A DNA stretch of 63,472 nt, counting the filler, from Reclinomonas americana ATCC 50394 (Eukaryota): NCBI GenBank assembly GCA_048213135.1. It is 7 parts of 2 records of this genome, joined end to end, with 100 filler letters (N's around TTAATTAATTAA, not from the genome) between each part and the next. Parts side by side here need not be neighbours in the genome. Positions count along the whole stretch, not along the records: positions 1 to 28,074 come from PS015574.1; 6 more parts are not named here. The stretch is one strand, 5' to 3'. This document shows, one piece after another, positions 1 through 11,100 of this stretch. The position numbers and the translations under genes were made by a program. Every line of letters starts with the position of its first letter. The stretch's first letter is position 1. The notes under the pieces are model-generated. The model worked only from the letters and a program-made list of their open reading frames with translations. It ran no database searches and was not told the origin of the DNA.

Positions 1-18
1 GTACTTTAATGATGTCTA

Positions 19-1967
19 TCATTGTGGCAGTGCTCTGGAGACGGCCTCGAAGCAGAAAAAGACAAGCTGTTGCACGCACACAATAAGTGAAAAAGCGGGT
101 GGAGAGAGGAGGGAGCACGAAACTGCATGCATGGGCAGTGCTCGGATGATTGCTGGCACGAGACCGCGGTGAAAGGCAGCAATGCCTCCTTCGTGCCATA
201 TCTGTGTGCAAGCACGAGAGAGATGGGTGAAGGGTTTCCACAAAGAGAGATGGACGATCAAGCAGCACGCACTTCGCGCACACAGTGCATCAAGGCTGCG
301 AGCGCAACAAGTGAGAAAACCATGCAGTATCGATCCCTGGCGACGGGAAACGGCACGCAACAAGTGTACTGGCCCGGATGAGCGTTGCTCATGCGCGTCT
401 TCACCACATCGATGGGATACAAGGGTGGCATCCTGCAGTTGCGCTGGCGGTGAGCAAGTTGTTGCACACATAGAGTCTCCATCGATGTGACACGAACTTA
501 CCACTGCAAGACTCCGGCCACCGCACCTGGATCGGCAATCACATGTAAGTGTGCACCAGATCGCTTACCCAGCTGAACAAAAAGGAATGCACGTACCAGC
601 CACGAGACAGCGCTGCAGGGAGAGCTGATCACCCGGCTTGGCGTCGGCTGGCGTCAGCGCTCGCTTGGTGATGTCGTCTGCGGCGAAGGCGATATTTTGA
701 CTCACAAACACAAACATGTGCAGCATTCACGGAGGAGACGCAACACGTAGGGTAGTAGACGCCGAACTGGGTGCCCTCACGAATCATGGTGGCCGACAGA
801 CCGCGGAAGAGGCCGTGTCGGAATCCTTCTCTCCTCACCAGGTCGGCGACACACGCACCGGACCAGCGATACGGCGCCAGACCGCCTGCCCGTTCCCTGC
901 CTGCCGAAAGTAATCACACACCAAACAGAAAGGAGATCAGAGAGAAGGAGAGAGCGCAGTGGCGACGCCGAGAATGCAGGAGCACGGAACCTTGCATGAC
1001 AATCTTCACACGCTCAAACTAATTAATGCATTGGCGATGAGTGTTCTCGTTGTCAGTGTCCAAGCAAGTGCGGAAACAAAACACGAACGACGTGAGCTCA
1101 CCACCTGCAACACACATACACACGGTAAGAGACTCGTGCAGTGACAGCGAATGCCGCCGCACGACGCAACATGCCGGACGGGACCCTGCGCGATACCAGC
1201 AAAGAAACCGCAGGCGCCCAACTCCCACACCGACAGCTGCTTGTGCGGATCGCCGCCCTGCATCGTGCGTCGCGCCCAACCATTGGAACCGAAGCTGAGA
1301 GCAAGTCAGGAACTTGCCGCGAAGAAAGCCACAACATGCAAGCCACACACCTGATGGCGTACATGATGCCGTCTTTATCACGCAACGACGAAGGTGAGCG
1401 ACGATCTGACTCGGGTACGATACACACACACGCACTGCAGTGTCACGCAACAGCCTGCACAGCAGAGAGTCAGCAATCGCATCAACACAGAGGCACACGA
1501 CGAGGTGATCATGACAAACCACTGACAGGGCTCAACAGGCCGCGATCTTTGCGATGACACTCGTGAGCATGCAGCGGGGGCGGGTGAGCAAGAGAGAGAC
1601 GCAACAGAGCGCCCGGTAACCGTCGGCACGGATCATGGACTGCATCGTGGAGTACTGCATGCATGCAAAGCATCAGTGATCACTCGCAACACTGAGAGAG
1701 AGACACACACACACAGACCATGCCAGCACCGCTGGCGCCACGGTGCAGCTGCAGTCGCGTCTTGGCAGTGTCAAAGGGCTGTGCACGATCATGATCAGCG
1801 CCGAGGAAGGGAGAATGCCACTCATGCAGTACTCACAAAAACAGCAGTGATGCCGATCGCTCCCGCTGTGTGCATCGAGTGGAGTGAGTGAGTGGATGTG
1901 GAGGAGGACGGCGGTCAGGAAGAAGACCGATGGAGCCGGCAGCAAGGTCGTGCACCAGTGCTTGCAT
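19..1967 (-). CDS. Mitochondrial carrier family (SLC25) protein, paralog A, about 16 exons
   Basis: Manual splicing gives MQALVHDLAAGSI..., YRALYRGLLSPVSGYGIMYAI, HVFERVKIVMQ, GLFRGLSATMIREGTQFGVYYPTY, PPLYPIDVVKTRM, GFHRGL-like AFHRGLVPAIIRALPMHALVFF...PQ*. It has three carrier repeats and resembles carnitine/ornithine-type carriers. Confidence 0.9.
1102..1104 (-). other. 3-nt microexon (GTG, Val) in carrier A
   Basis: Minus strand reads tgttgcag|GTG|gtgagc. The same arrangement occurs in paralog B at 3008-3010. It restores the G-x10-E spacing before FERVK. Confidence 0.8.
1452..1454 (-). other. 3-nt microexon (GCT; completes the Gly and Tyr codons) in carrier A
   Basis: Minus strand reads tgtgcag|GCT|gttgcgt, giving SPVS-G-Y-GIMYAI. 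The counterpart in paralog B is at 3358-3360. Confidence 0.8.
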
Positions 1968-2010
1968 GACGCGACTGAAACGATGACGACGGACGATTTG
2001 TCCTTTGTTT

Positions 2011-3812
2011 TTATTGTGGCTCGGGAAGTTTGCCGAAGAGCAGTAACATGGACGCCTCGTAGCTGAAGAAGACAAGCTGTGTGGAGACCCGGCGAGAGGT
2101 CGGTCATCGGAGACAAGGGTCTCGGAAGAATGGAAACGACGTCAACGCAACTGCGTGCATCGGAAGTGCTCGTGCCAGTGCTGGGACGAGTCCGCGATGA
2201 AAGGCGCCAATGCCGCCCTCGGCGTACAGCTGCAGAACCAGACACACAGGTCAGTGTGAGAGGATCGAGGCTGTAATGGAAGCGGAGAACGTACCTTGCG
2301 AATGCAGTCCCAGACACCTGCGTTTGTACAAGGGTCTTGGTGAGCACGCGCGCTGAGTTGCATCGCATCGGGCTCGTCGTGCACAAACCAGTGTACTCGC
2401 CAGGCAATGCATTACTCATGCGTGTCTTCACGACGTCGATCGCGTACAGCGGTGGAAGCCTGCGAAAACAGAGACAAGTGTGAGCCACCGATGTGACGAT
2501 GATCAAGAGTTTGCAGCGCACCATTGTAGCACACCGGCCGCAGCGCCGGCCACCAGGCACTGAACCAGCGACACGTGGTTGGCGGGTGCATCGACTGGTC
2601 TCAGTGCCTCCTTCACCAGATCGTCTGCCACGCAGCGCAGTGAACGAGAGAGTCACGAAGAGAAATCGCTGTGAAGCGCCACGCAACAGGCTGGATAGTA
2701 GACGGCGAACTGAGCGCATTCGCGAATGGTGGTCGATGTGTTGCCACGAAAGAGGCCCTGCCTCAAACCCTCTTTCCGGATGAGATCTGCGGCACACGCT
2801 CCTGACCAGCGATACGGTGCGTGACCGCCGGCACTTTCACGAGCTGTCACACAGTCAGTGAAATGCAAGGAAACTCGACGGTACATGGCGCGTCACCTTG
2901 CATCACGATCTTGACACGCTCAAACTGCGCTCCTCCACACACGAGAGAGTTCAAGTGAGAAAAACAACGCCACGGCAATCACCTGGGTGACGGGCTCAAA
3001 TACGAACCACCTGCGTCGGGGGGGAGTGAGCCAGCAGCAGCGAGGAGAAAGACAGCACGCTTGCACGCAACATGCGTGGGAGGCGCCTGTGCGAGACCAG
3101 CAAAAGCCCCACACAGGGCCAGCTGGTACACCGAGAGTGGCTTTCCGTCTTCCCCACCCTGCATCGTGCGTCGCGCCCAACCGTATGCTGCAAAACTGCG
3201 ACATCCACGAGTGAGACCAAGCGAGTGCATTGCCAGCTCGCAGCGTGTTCGCACTCACCTGATAGCGTACATGCCACCGTCTGCGAGCGACGTGAGTGAG
3301 GAGAGCACTGCAGTGAGCAAACAACTCCACAGCGACACGGACGAGGAGACAACTCACATCCTGCCAGCATACATGCGCACCAAGTGAGGCAACTCGCCAC
3401 ATGAACGGCTTGCATGCAAGATGCACTCACCGGATACTGGTGAAAGCAGTCCACGGTATAATGAGCGCACACCGTCCTTCCGTACCAGATCGCGCATCGC
3501 CGACATCTTTTGCACACAAGAAAGGTGATTTCTCCGAGTTTTCGAACATGATCACTCACACACACAACACACGGACCATGCCAATGCCGTGCGCGCCGTG
3601 ATGCACTTGGAGGCGAGTCTTGGCCGTGTCAAACGGCTGCACAGGGGTGAACACAAGAGACGCATTACACGAGAGAGAAAAGGCGACGCACAAAGACAGC
3701 CGTGATGCCGATCGATCCAGCTGCGCACTGGTGTCAGTGGTCGCCACTCACCTCTCTTGTTACAGCACTCACCGATCGATCCAGCCACCAAGTCCGCGAT
3801 GAACGCGTCCAT
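2011..3812 (-). CDS. Mitochondrial carrier family (SLC25) protein, paralog B (tandem duplicate)
   Basis: MDAFIADLVAGSIAGSIGITAVFPFDTAKTRLQ, LYRGLLSPVSGYGGMYAI, HVFERVK, GLFRGNTSTTIRECAQFAVYYPAY, LYAIDVVKTRM. It is colinear with paralog A and shares most intron positions. Confidence 0.9.
3008..3010 (-). other. 3-nt microexon (GTG, Val) in carrier B
   Basis: Minus strand reads gacgcag|GTG|gttcgt between the PTH and FERVK exons. Confidence 0.8.
3358..3360 (-). other. 3-nt microexon (GAT) in carrier B
   Basis: Minus strand reads ctggcag|GAT|gtgagt. It differs from paralog A only at the synonymous third base of Gly (GGA vs GGC). Confidence 0.8.
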
Positions 3813-3909
3813 GGCGAAACAAAGAAAGTCCTGCACAACGGTGTCCTGCCAATCATCATCCCTCCCTCCCGTGCGCTGGTCATCCATCGCCTTCAATCGC
3901 ACACACACC

Positions 3910-4276
3910 ATGTCGTCCATGCGCAACCTCACCAAGCGACGCAACCACAGAGAGGTTGGTCTCCTCTTCATTTCTTTGACTCTCTCTCTCTCTCTCTCTG
4001 CGTGTCTCTCTGCTGTCGCCCACCTCGCCATGGAGTGTGTGTGATTTCCTCCCCTCGCCTTCTTCTTCTCGTTGTTGGGAGAATCGGGGCCTCTTTTTTG
4101 GGGGGGCGGTGGTCTGTGCATGTGAATGTGCACTTACACTCGTTTTCCGCACAGCGCTCGCAACCCGGCGCCCGCCAGCATCGCGGCCTGTTGGAGAAGC
4201 ACAAGGACTATGTGGAACGTGCTCGTGACTTTCACAAGAAGGAGGTGAGTCTTCTTCTGAGAGTGTGACACACACA

Positions 4277-4314
<38 letters not shown>

Positions 4315-5212
4315 TACACACACACACACACACACACACACTCTGGGAGCGGCCTCGTCTCCACCAGCTCACGATGAATGATCACCACGTAGGATCGTCT
4401 GAGGAAACTCACCGAGGCCGCCAGCATGCGCAACCCCGACGAGTTCTACTTCAAGATGATCAACTCGTCCACCAAGAACGGCGTTCACATTCAACTGCGA
4501 CCAGAAGAGGAGCTCGGGAAGCACACGGCTGATGAGCTGCGACTGATGCACACTCAGGACTTGGGCTATCTGCGCATGCGCAAGCAAATGGAGGAGAAGG
4601 TCGGTGTTGGTCTTCTGTCTCACACGCAGTGTGTGCGCTGTGCTCACACGTGCCACCACCACTGTTGCGCTCGCCAGAAAATCGAAAAGCTGCAGGGCGA
4701 GCTGACCTTTGCGAATGCCGATGGCCCGATCGCCACGGCCTCGCGGCCGACACATCGCGTGTTTGTGGCGTCGGAGGAGCAAATAGAGGAGTTTGATCCC
4801 ACCGAGTACTTTGACACGCCGCTGGAGCTGCTGGATGTGAAGCACAACCGGTGAGACCTTCTCGTCTTTTCCCCCCGCTCGCTCTGTCTCGCCCGCGCTC
4901 ATGCGATCCATTTTTGCCGGCAGACCTCGCACGGCCAAGGTGGCCGAACTGGCGGCCGCCATTGCTGCTGAGGGAGAAAAGGCCGTGGCTTCCAGGGTGC
5001 TGCCGCGGACCACAGAGAAGACACGGAAGCAGCGCAAGCGTTTGTACACGGAGCTTGCCGACCGCATCGATCGTGAGGAGAAGGTCGATCGAGTGATTCG
5101 CAAGCTGGAGTTGCAGAAGAATCTGATGAACAAGGGCAAGCGACGCAAGGTGGCGCCCGCCAAGGACGGAGAACCGGCGGTGTTCAAGTGGTCTCGAGAG
5201 CGCAAGCGATGA
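3910..5212 (+). CDS. UTP11: U3 snoRNA-associated protein 11 (SSU processome), 5 exons
   Basis: MSSMRNLTKRRNHRE|RSQPGARQHRGLLEKHKDYVERARDFHKKE|...RNPDEFYFKMINS...FKWSRERKR*, with four GT-AG introns in frame. Confidence 0.93.
4268..4341. repeat. (CA)n microsatellite in UTP11 intron 2
   Basis: About 37 nearly perfect AC units. CA/TG and GA/TC tracts are common in introns across the window. Confidence 0.95.
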
Positions 5213-5263
5213 ACCTCCAATGTTAATTAACCACGAATGCATGTTTGACTGTTTGTTTGTTGT

Positions 5264-7855
5264 TTACTCTCCACCATCGTGCATGGAGACCAGCTCCTGG
5301 TACCGCCTCTCGAATGTAGCGGGATCCCGCAGACTCTGCGCGGCGCGTTCGTGCACCGCAGCCACGGCGGTGAATTGCTTGCTCTCCCAGTGCGCTTGTG
5401 CCAGCTGCATCCACACGTCTGTGTGTCGGTGCAGCGATCAGTCAACCGAGAAGTGCATTGATTCGGGAGCGACAATGAGACTCACCAGCATTGACTTCGG
5501 CCACACGACCCACGGCCAGAACCGCTTCGAGGACCCGCACGGCCTCGGCCGCCAGCGACTTGTCTTTCCGCTGCAGCAGCATCGAGGACCACCGAATGGC
5601 CAACGAGGAGCGACTGTTCTCCGAGACCAGACCGCTGAGCTCATTGTACGCCTGTCGTGCCTCGGCCACTCCCGCCAGCTCCGCCGCAAGTTCCAAGTAG
5701 GTCAGAGCCAATCGCGGCGCATCGGCGCATGCGTGTAGGCACTCGCGAAGCACCGGCCGCACACCCTGGCTCCACCCAAGAGCCGCGCGATGCTGGTACA
5801 CGGCCTGCGTCAGGCACGAGGCCATGAGGTGCAGGCGACGAGTCTTGTCGGTCGACAGGAGCGCTTCTCCAGCCAGCGTTTTCGCCAGCAAGCGAATACC
5901 CTCCAGCAACACATGCTCTGCCGACTTGTAGTCGTCATCTGTGCCATTTTTCAGGCCGACAGTGAGCGAGAGAAATTGAGTGCGGCTACGCCAACGCGAC
6001 GAAACTCTTGAGGTGCGCCGACGCCGCCATCAGACGCGCCTCGGCCATCAGTGGGAACGCTGTGACATATGCGTTGCCGACACGCACCAATTCGGTCGCC
6101 GGCTGACCGCTGCTCTCCAACAGCTCGAGGTATCGTTGGAATGTTGATGCCGAGCACTCGCCGGCAGCAATCGCTCTCTCGCACACACCGACCAGAGTCG
6201 ACAACAAGCCGTACACGTCGGACACTGCCGTTTCCCTCTCGCACGCCACCGACATGCAGTCCTCCAACAGCAACGCGTACAACTCCCATAACCGTGCACG
6301 ATCGTCGCCGCTCACCCGTTGTTCGGACAGCGCCCTCTCAAACACCTCGCAGGCTGCATCCACATTCAGCTGTCGCTGTCGCAGCGCCTCCCTCTTGGCC
6401 TTGCCCGGCAACATCGAGGCCGTGTCGCCGAGTCCACTCGCCGCGCGAGCCAGTGAATCGTACAACAGTGGAGACGACGGATGCAGACGGGAGGCCACGC
6501 GAGCCATTTGGCGCGCCAGCACCGGATGCAGATCGGCACGCACACACGCCGCAAAACGCGCATGCACATCCTCTGTGTCTCCCAGATCTGCGTCGCAACG
6601 GTAGCGTTACACACACACACACACACACCACTGCGAGGGGACTCGCACAGGCGGTCGCAACTCTTGACGGCATTCTTGTAGATGATCAGACACAGAGCAC
6701 CGGCCAGCACACGCTGAAACGCAGCATCCTCCGGCGACATGTCGGCCGACACACTCTCCAACCCCTCGCTGGCAACCTCCGCAAATACTTGCTCCAAATC
6801 CGCACCACCGTCGCCCTTCTCTGCCTTCTCCTCCGTGGCCAGCGACTCGAGCAGTGCACGCGTGTCAATGGCCGAGTCGGCGGTCGCACCGACTTCATCG
6901 TCACGCTTCTCGTCAATGCCCAGAATTTGACGCCGCTGTGAGATGCGCTCCACAAACTCCAGCTCGAATCGGAAGTAGGTCAGCCACAGGTCCATCGACC
7001 GCGATCTGTAGCGCAGCGCTTGCTGAAGCAGCACTGTGGACAGAGAGCATATGTGAGAAAATGAGAACAACAAAGCCATTGTCATGTTCATGCGTCACGC
7101 ACCACGTGCGGCCTTGATGTTGCCATTCTCCTGCATCTCCCACTGCGCGGCGCGACGCCACAGCTCCTCGCATCGCGGATGCAACTGCAGCGCTCTGACG
7201 GGGGGTGGGGAGCAGAAGATAGTCAGCAACACGTAGCCGCAGAGCAAGTGGTGTCGCCCACTCACCGGGGATAGAGTCGAGCGAGCAACTGGCGACTGTG
7301 ATGCTTCTCTGCATAGTCTGCATACGTCAGCCACAGCGACACATCGCCGGGCCACTTGCGAGTCGCGCGATCAAACACGCGAATGATGCATCGTGCAGCG
7401 GCGGATCCACTCACGCCTCCCTTCTTGGCGCCTGCCACCAGTGACAGCAGCGACTTGCAAAGTCAGCGCACCACTCTCACCAATACACACATCTCTCCTA
7501 TCACACACGCACCCAGTCGCTCGCATCGCTTGAGGCGCAGCTTGTCCAGGGCCTCCTCGTACTCCACATAGCGCAGAAAGTCCTGCTTGGCGGGTCCCCG
7601 ACGATGAATGAGATGCTCAAACTTGGTGCGCCGACGCACAATCGTCTTGATCTCCTCCTGCGAGCAGCGATGCGAGTGAGTGAGGCGACGGTCGTGGTGG
7701 TGGTGGTGTAGATGTGAATGTGCACATGGACGCCACACACCCCCCGCGCACACGCAGAGACACACACGAACCGGTGTAAAGATCTCGCGCGCCTGCAGCT
7801 CCTCGAGCTCGGGAATGCTCGCCTCCAGCGCTTTGCGGATCAGCTCTGCGCTCAT
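5264..7855 (-). CDS. UTP6: U3 snoRNA-associated protein 6 (HAT repeats)
   Basis: MSAELIRKALEASIPELEELQAREIFTP|EEIKTIVRRRTKFEHLIHRRGPAKQDFLRYVEYEEALDKLRLKR, RALQLHPRCEELW, DLWLTYFRFELEFVERISQRRQILG. It ends ...SMHDGGE* at 5264. Confidence 0.9.
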
Positions 7856-8123
7856 GATGACGACGACGGATTGATGGGTGAACGACGACGTGTCCTGAGG
7901 GACAACACTCATCTCCCGCCGGCGTGTGTCACACCGCGACGAGTTGCGTAGCCGCACACCACACACACTCGTACGTCCCCTCCACTGCATCCATCCATCC
8001 ATGCATCTTCCTTTCTGTGCTCTCGCTGCTCGCACTCCAGTGTGACATCTCACACTTGTCATGTCGCGCGCACACACACACAGCACACTCTCCCCGTGGC
8101 TTCGACTGCGCATACGAGTGCAC

Positions 8124-11100
8124 ATGTCGTCAGCAGCAGACTCTTCATCCACCACACCCGCCTCCACCGCAGCGGCAGCGGGTGCAGTTGCCCCGCCGCT
8201 AAGCAGTATTCGCGTGGCTGTGCCACTGCCGCTGCGTGTGGCGGTGCGCATGCGACCCTTTCTTGCTCGCGAGCTGCAGGGAGAGGGCGGCGTGTTCGCC
8301 ATGGAAGGATGGTCGATCGACGACGAGGATCCCGCGGATGGGAGACACAGGCGACGACTAACGGAGGTGCGCATACCGCCGCCTGCACGTCCGCCCTCTG
8401 GTGGCGCTGGCAGTCCACGCGGTGGTGGTGGTGGTGGTGGTGGTGGCAGTGATGCAGCGTCGTCGTCTTCCCCGCGAGGAGGCGCCAATGACGACAGTCG
8501 GCGAGTGTCGTTCACGTTCGGTATGTCGTGCCCATCATCAGTTTGCTGGTCTGCGCGTCTCACGCCGGAGGGTGCACACAGATCGAGTGTATGGGCCGGC
8601 CGATGACACTGTCAGCGTGTACGAGGGCAGTGTGAAGGACTACGTGCAGGATGTGGCACTCGGCTTCAATGCCTCGGTGACGGCGTACGGTCATTCGGGC
8701 ACGGGCAAGGTCTGTGTCACGCCACTCCTCGTTTCACGGTGTGGTTTGTGTCGCTGATCGCTGTTGAGCAGACGTTCACAATGTTGGGTCCGCACAAGAA
8801 CGATGGCGTAATCTCGCTGGCTGTGCGCGACATTTTCGAGACCATTCGTCATGTGCGTGTGTGTGTACGAGGGTGTGCCTGCAGAGCAACAGCTGACGTG
8901 CAACTTGGGTGCAGACGCCGGGCCGCGAGTTTCTTGTCCGCGTTTCGTACTATCAGCTGTACCGCGAGAACATCCTCGACCTGCTGCGAACCAAAAAGGA
9001 CGACAAGGTGGTTCCCAGATTACGGGAGTATCCAGAGGTGCGGCGGCGGCTGCACTGCCTCACCACTGTCACTCCTTTCTCGTGCTAATCCCTCACAAAC
9101 TGGATGTTTTTCGTCGCGCAGCGTGGCATTGTCGTTACGGATCTGAAGGAGAAAGTGGTGACCTGTGAGGAAGACGTGCAGCGGCTGCTTGAACGCGGCA
9201 CTGGTGAGCATCCCCGCTGTGCTGCTTTCTCCTCACAAAGCAACAGTGGCACTGACGGTGGGAGTGATTGTGTGACTTTCGTTGCAGAGGCGCTGATCGT
9301 TCACAACTACTCGATGGATGCCGTCAACCGATCGCACGCCATCTTTTGTGTGACTGTGGAGAGTCGGTCGCTGCGCGAGCGCAGCGTGGCGCGCGTGTCA
9401 TCTCTCCAAGTGATAGACTTGGCCGGCAACGAGCGCGCACACATGGCCGGTCACCGTTCGACGCGCATGCGAGAAGGCGTCGTGATCAACCAGTCGCTGC
9501 TGTCGCTCGGCACAGTTGTCAGCAAGCTGGCCGACGGCGGCTTTGCGCACATTCCCTATCGCGATTCCAAGCTCACTCGCATTCTCCAACCGAGCCTCGG
9601 TGGCAACACCAAGGCCGTCTTCACCTGCCACGTCTCGCCCTCGGCCGGTTTCTCTGAGGACAGCATGCTCACACTCAAGTTTGGTGCGCGAGCGGCACGC
9701 ATCACCAACTCGGTGTACATCAACGAGGTGCTCGACGATCACACCCTCATCAAGCGCTACGAGCGCGAGATTCTGGAGCTGCAGTCGCACTTGCTGCGCA
9801 TCGCCGACACGATTGCTCCGTCGGCACCTGACACGGAACTCAGCAAGGTGACTCGCGTGCATGCTCGCGTGTGTGCATGTGCTAATGTCTGTCACTCACA
9901 TCTCTTGGGGCGATTTTGCAGGCCGACGCGCAAATGTTGCACAGATTGACCAGTTTGGAGCGTTCGATTCTTACCGCTCCACCGGATGTGGCGCCAGTCG
10001 GCGAGGTTGCGGGAGCTTCTCCCGTTTCGGATGCCGTCTTTGATCCATTCAGCCCGCATGCGAATCGTGCGAGGGGCGCCAACGGTGCCGGCGTGTCGGA
10101 GGTGCCGTCGCACTCGCACCAAGTCGTCGAGCACTCCAATGGTCACGCCAGCAGTGGTGGCTCCAGCAGCTCCAGCAGCAGCTCTAGCAGCAGCAGCTCT
10201 NNNNNNNNNNNNNNNNNNNNNNNNNNNNNNNNNNNNNNNNNNNNNNNNNNNNNNNNNNNNNNNNNNNNNNNNNNNNNNNNNNNNNNNNNNNNNNNNNNNN
10301 NNNNNNNNNNNNNNNNNNNNNNNNNNNNNNNNNNNNNNNNNNNNNNNNNNNNNNNNNNNNNNNNNNNNNNNNNNNNNNNNNNNNNNNNNNNNNNNNNNNN
10401 NNNNNNNNNNNNNNNNNNNNNNNNNNNNNNNNNNNNNNNNNNNNNNNNNNNNNNNNNNNNNNNNNNNNNNNNNNNNNNNNNNNNNNNNNNNNNNNNNNNN
10501 NNNNNNNNNNNNNNNNNNNNNNNNNNNNNNNNNNNNNNNNNNNNNNNNNNNNNNNNNNNNNNNNNNNNNNNNNNNNNNNNNNNNNNNNNNNNNNNNNNNN
10601 NNNNNNNNNNNNNNNNNNNNNNNNNNNNNNNNNNNNNNNNNNNNNNNNNNNNNNNNNNNNNNNNNNNNNNNNNNNNNNNNNNNNNNNNNNNNNNNNNNNN
10701 NNNNNNNNNNNNNNNNNNNNNNNNNNNNNNNNNNNNNNNNNNNNNNNNNNNNNNNNNNNNNNNNNNNNNNNNNNNNNNNNNNNNNNNNNNNNNNNNNNNN
10801 NNNNNNNNNNNNNNNNNNNNNNNNNNNNNNNNNNNNNNNNNNNNNNNNNNNNNNNNNNNNNNNNNNNNNNNNNNNNNNNNNNNNNNNNNNNNNNNNNNNN
10901 NNNNNNNNNNNNNNNNNNNNNNNNNNNNNNNNNNNNNNNNNNNNNNNNNNNNNNNNNNNNNNNNNNNNNNNNNNNNNNNNNNNNNNNNNNNNNNNNNNNN
11001 NNNNNNNNNNNNNNNNNNNNNNNNNNNNNNNNNNNNNNNNNNNNNACGGACACGCATCGCGGACCTGGAGGCATCGATGCACGATGCAATTCTGGAACGC

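Noticed and set aside
1380..1386. GTTGCGT on the minus strand as another donor
   Set aside because: It lies just upstream of an AAG acceptor inside an intron. The motif also occurs by chance, so only frame-supported cases were counted.
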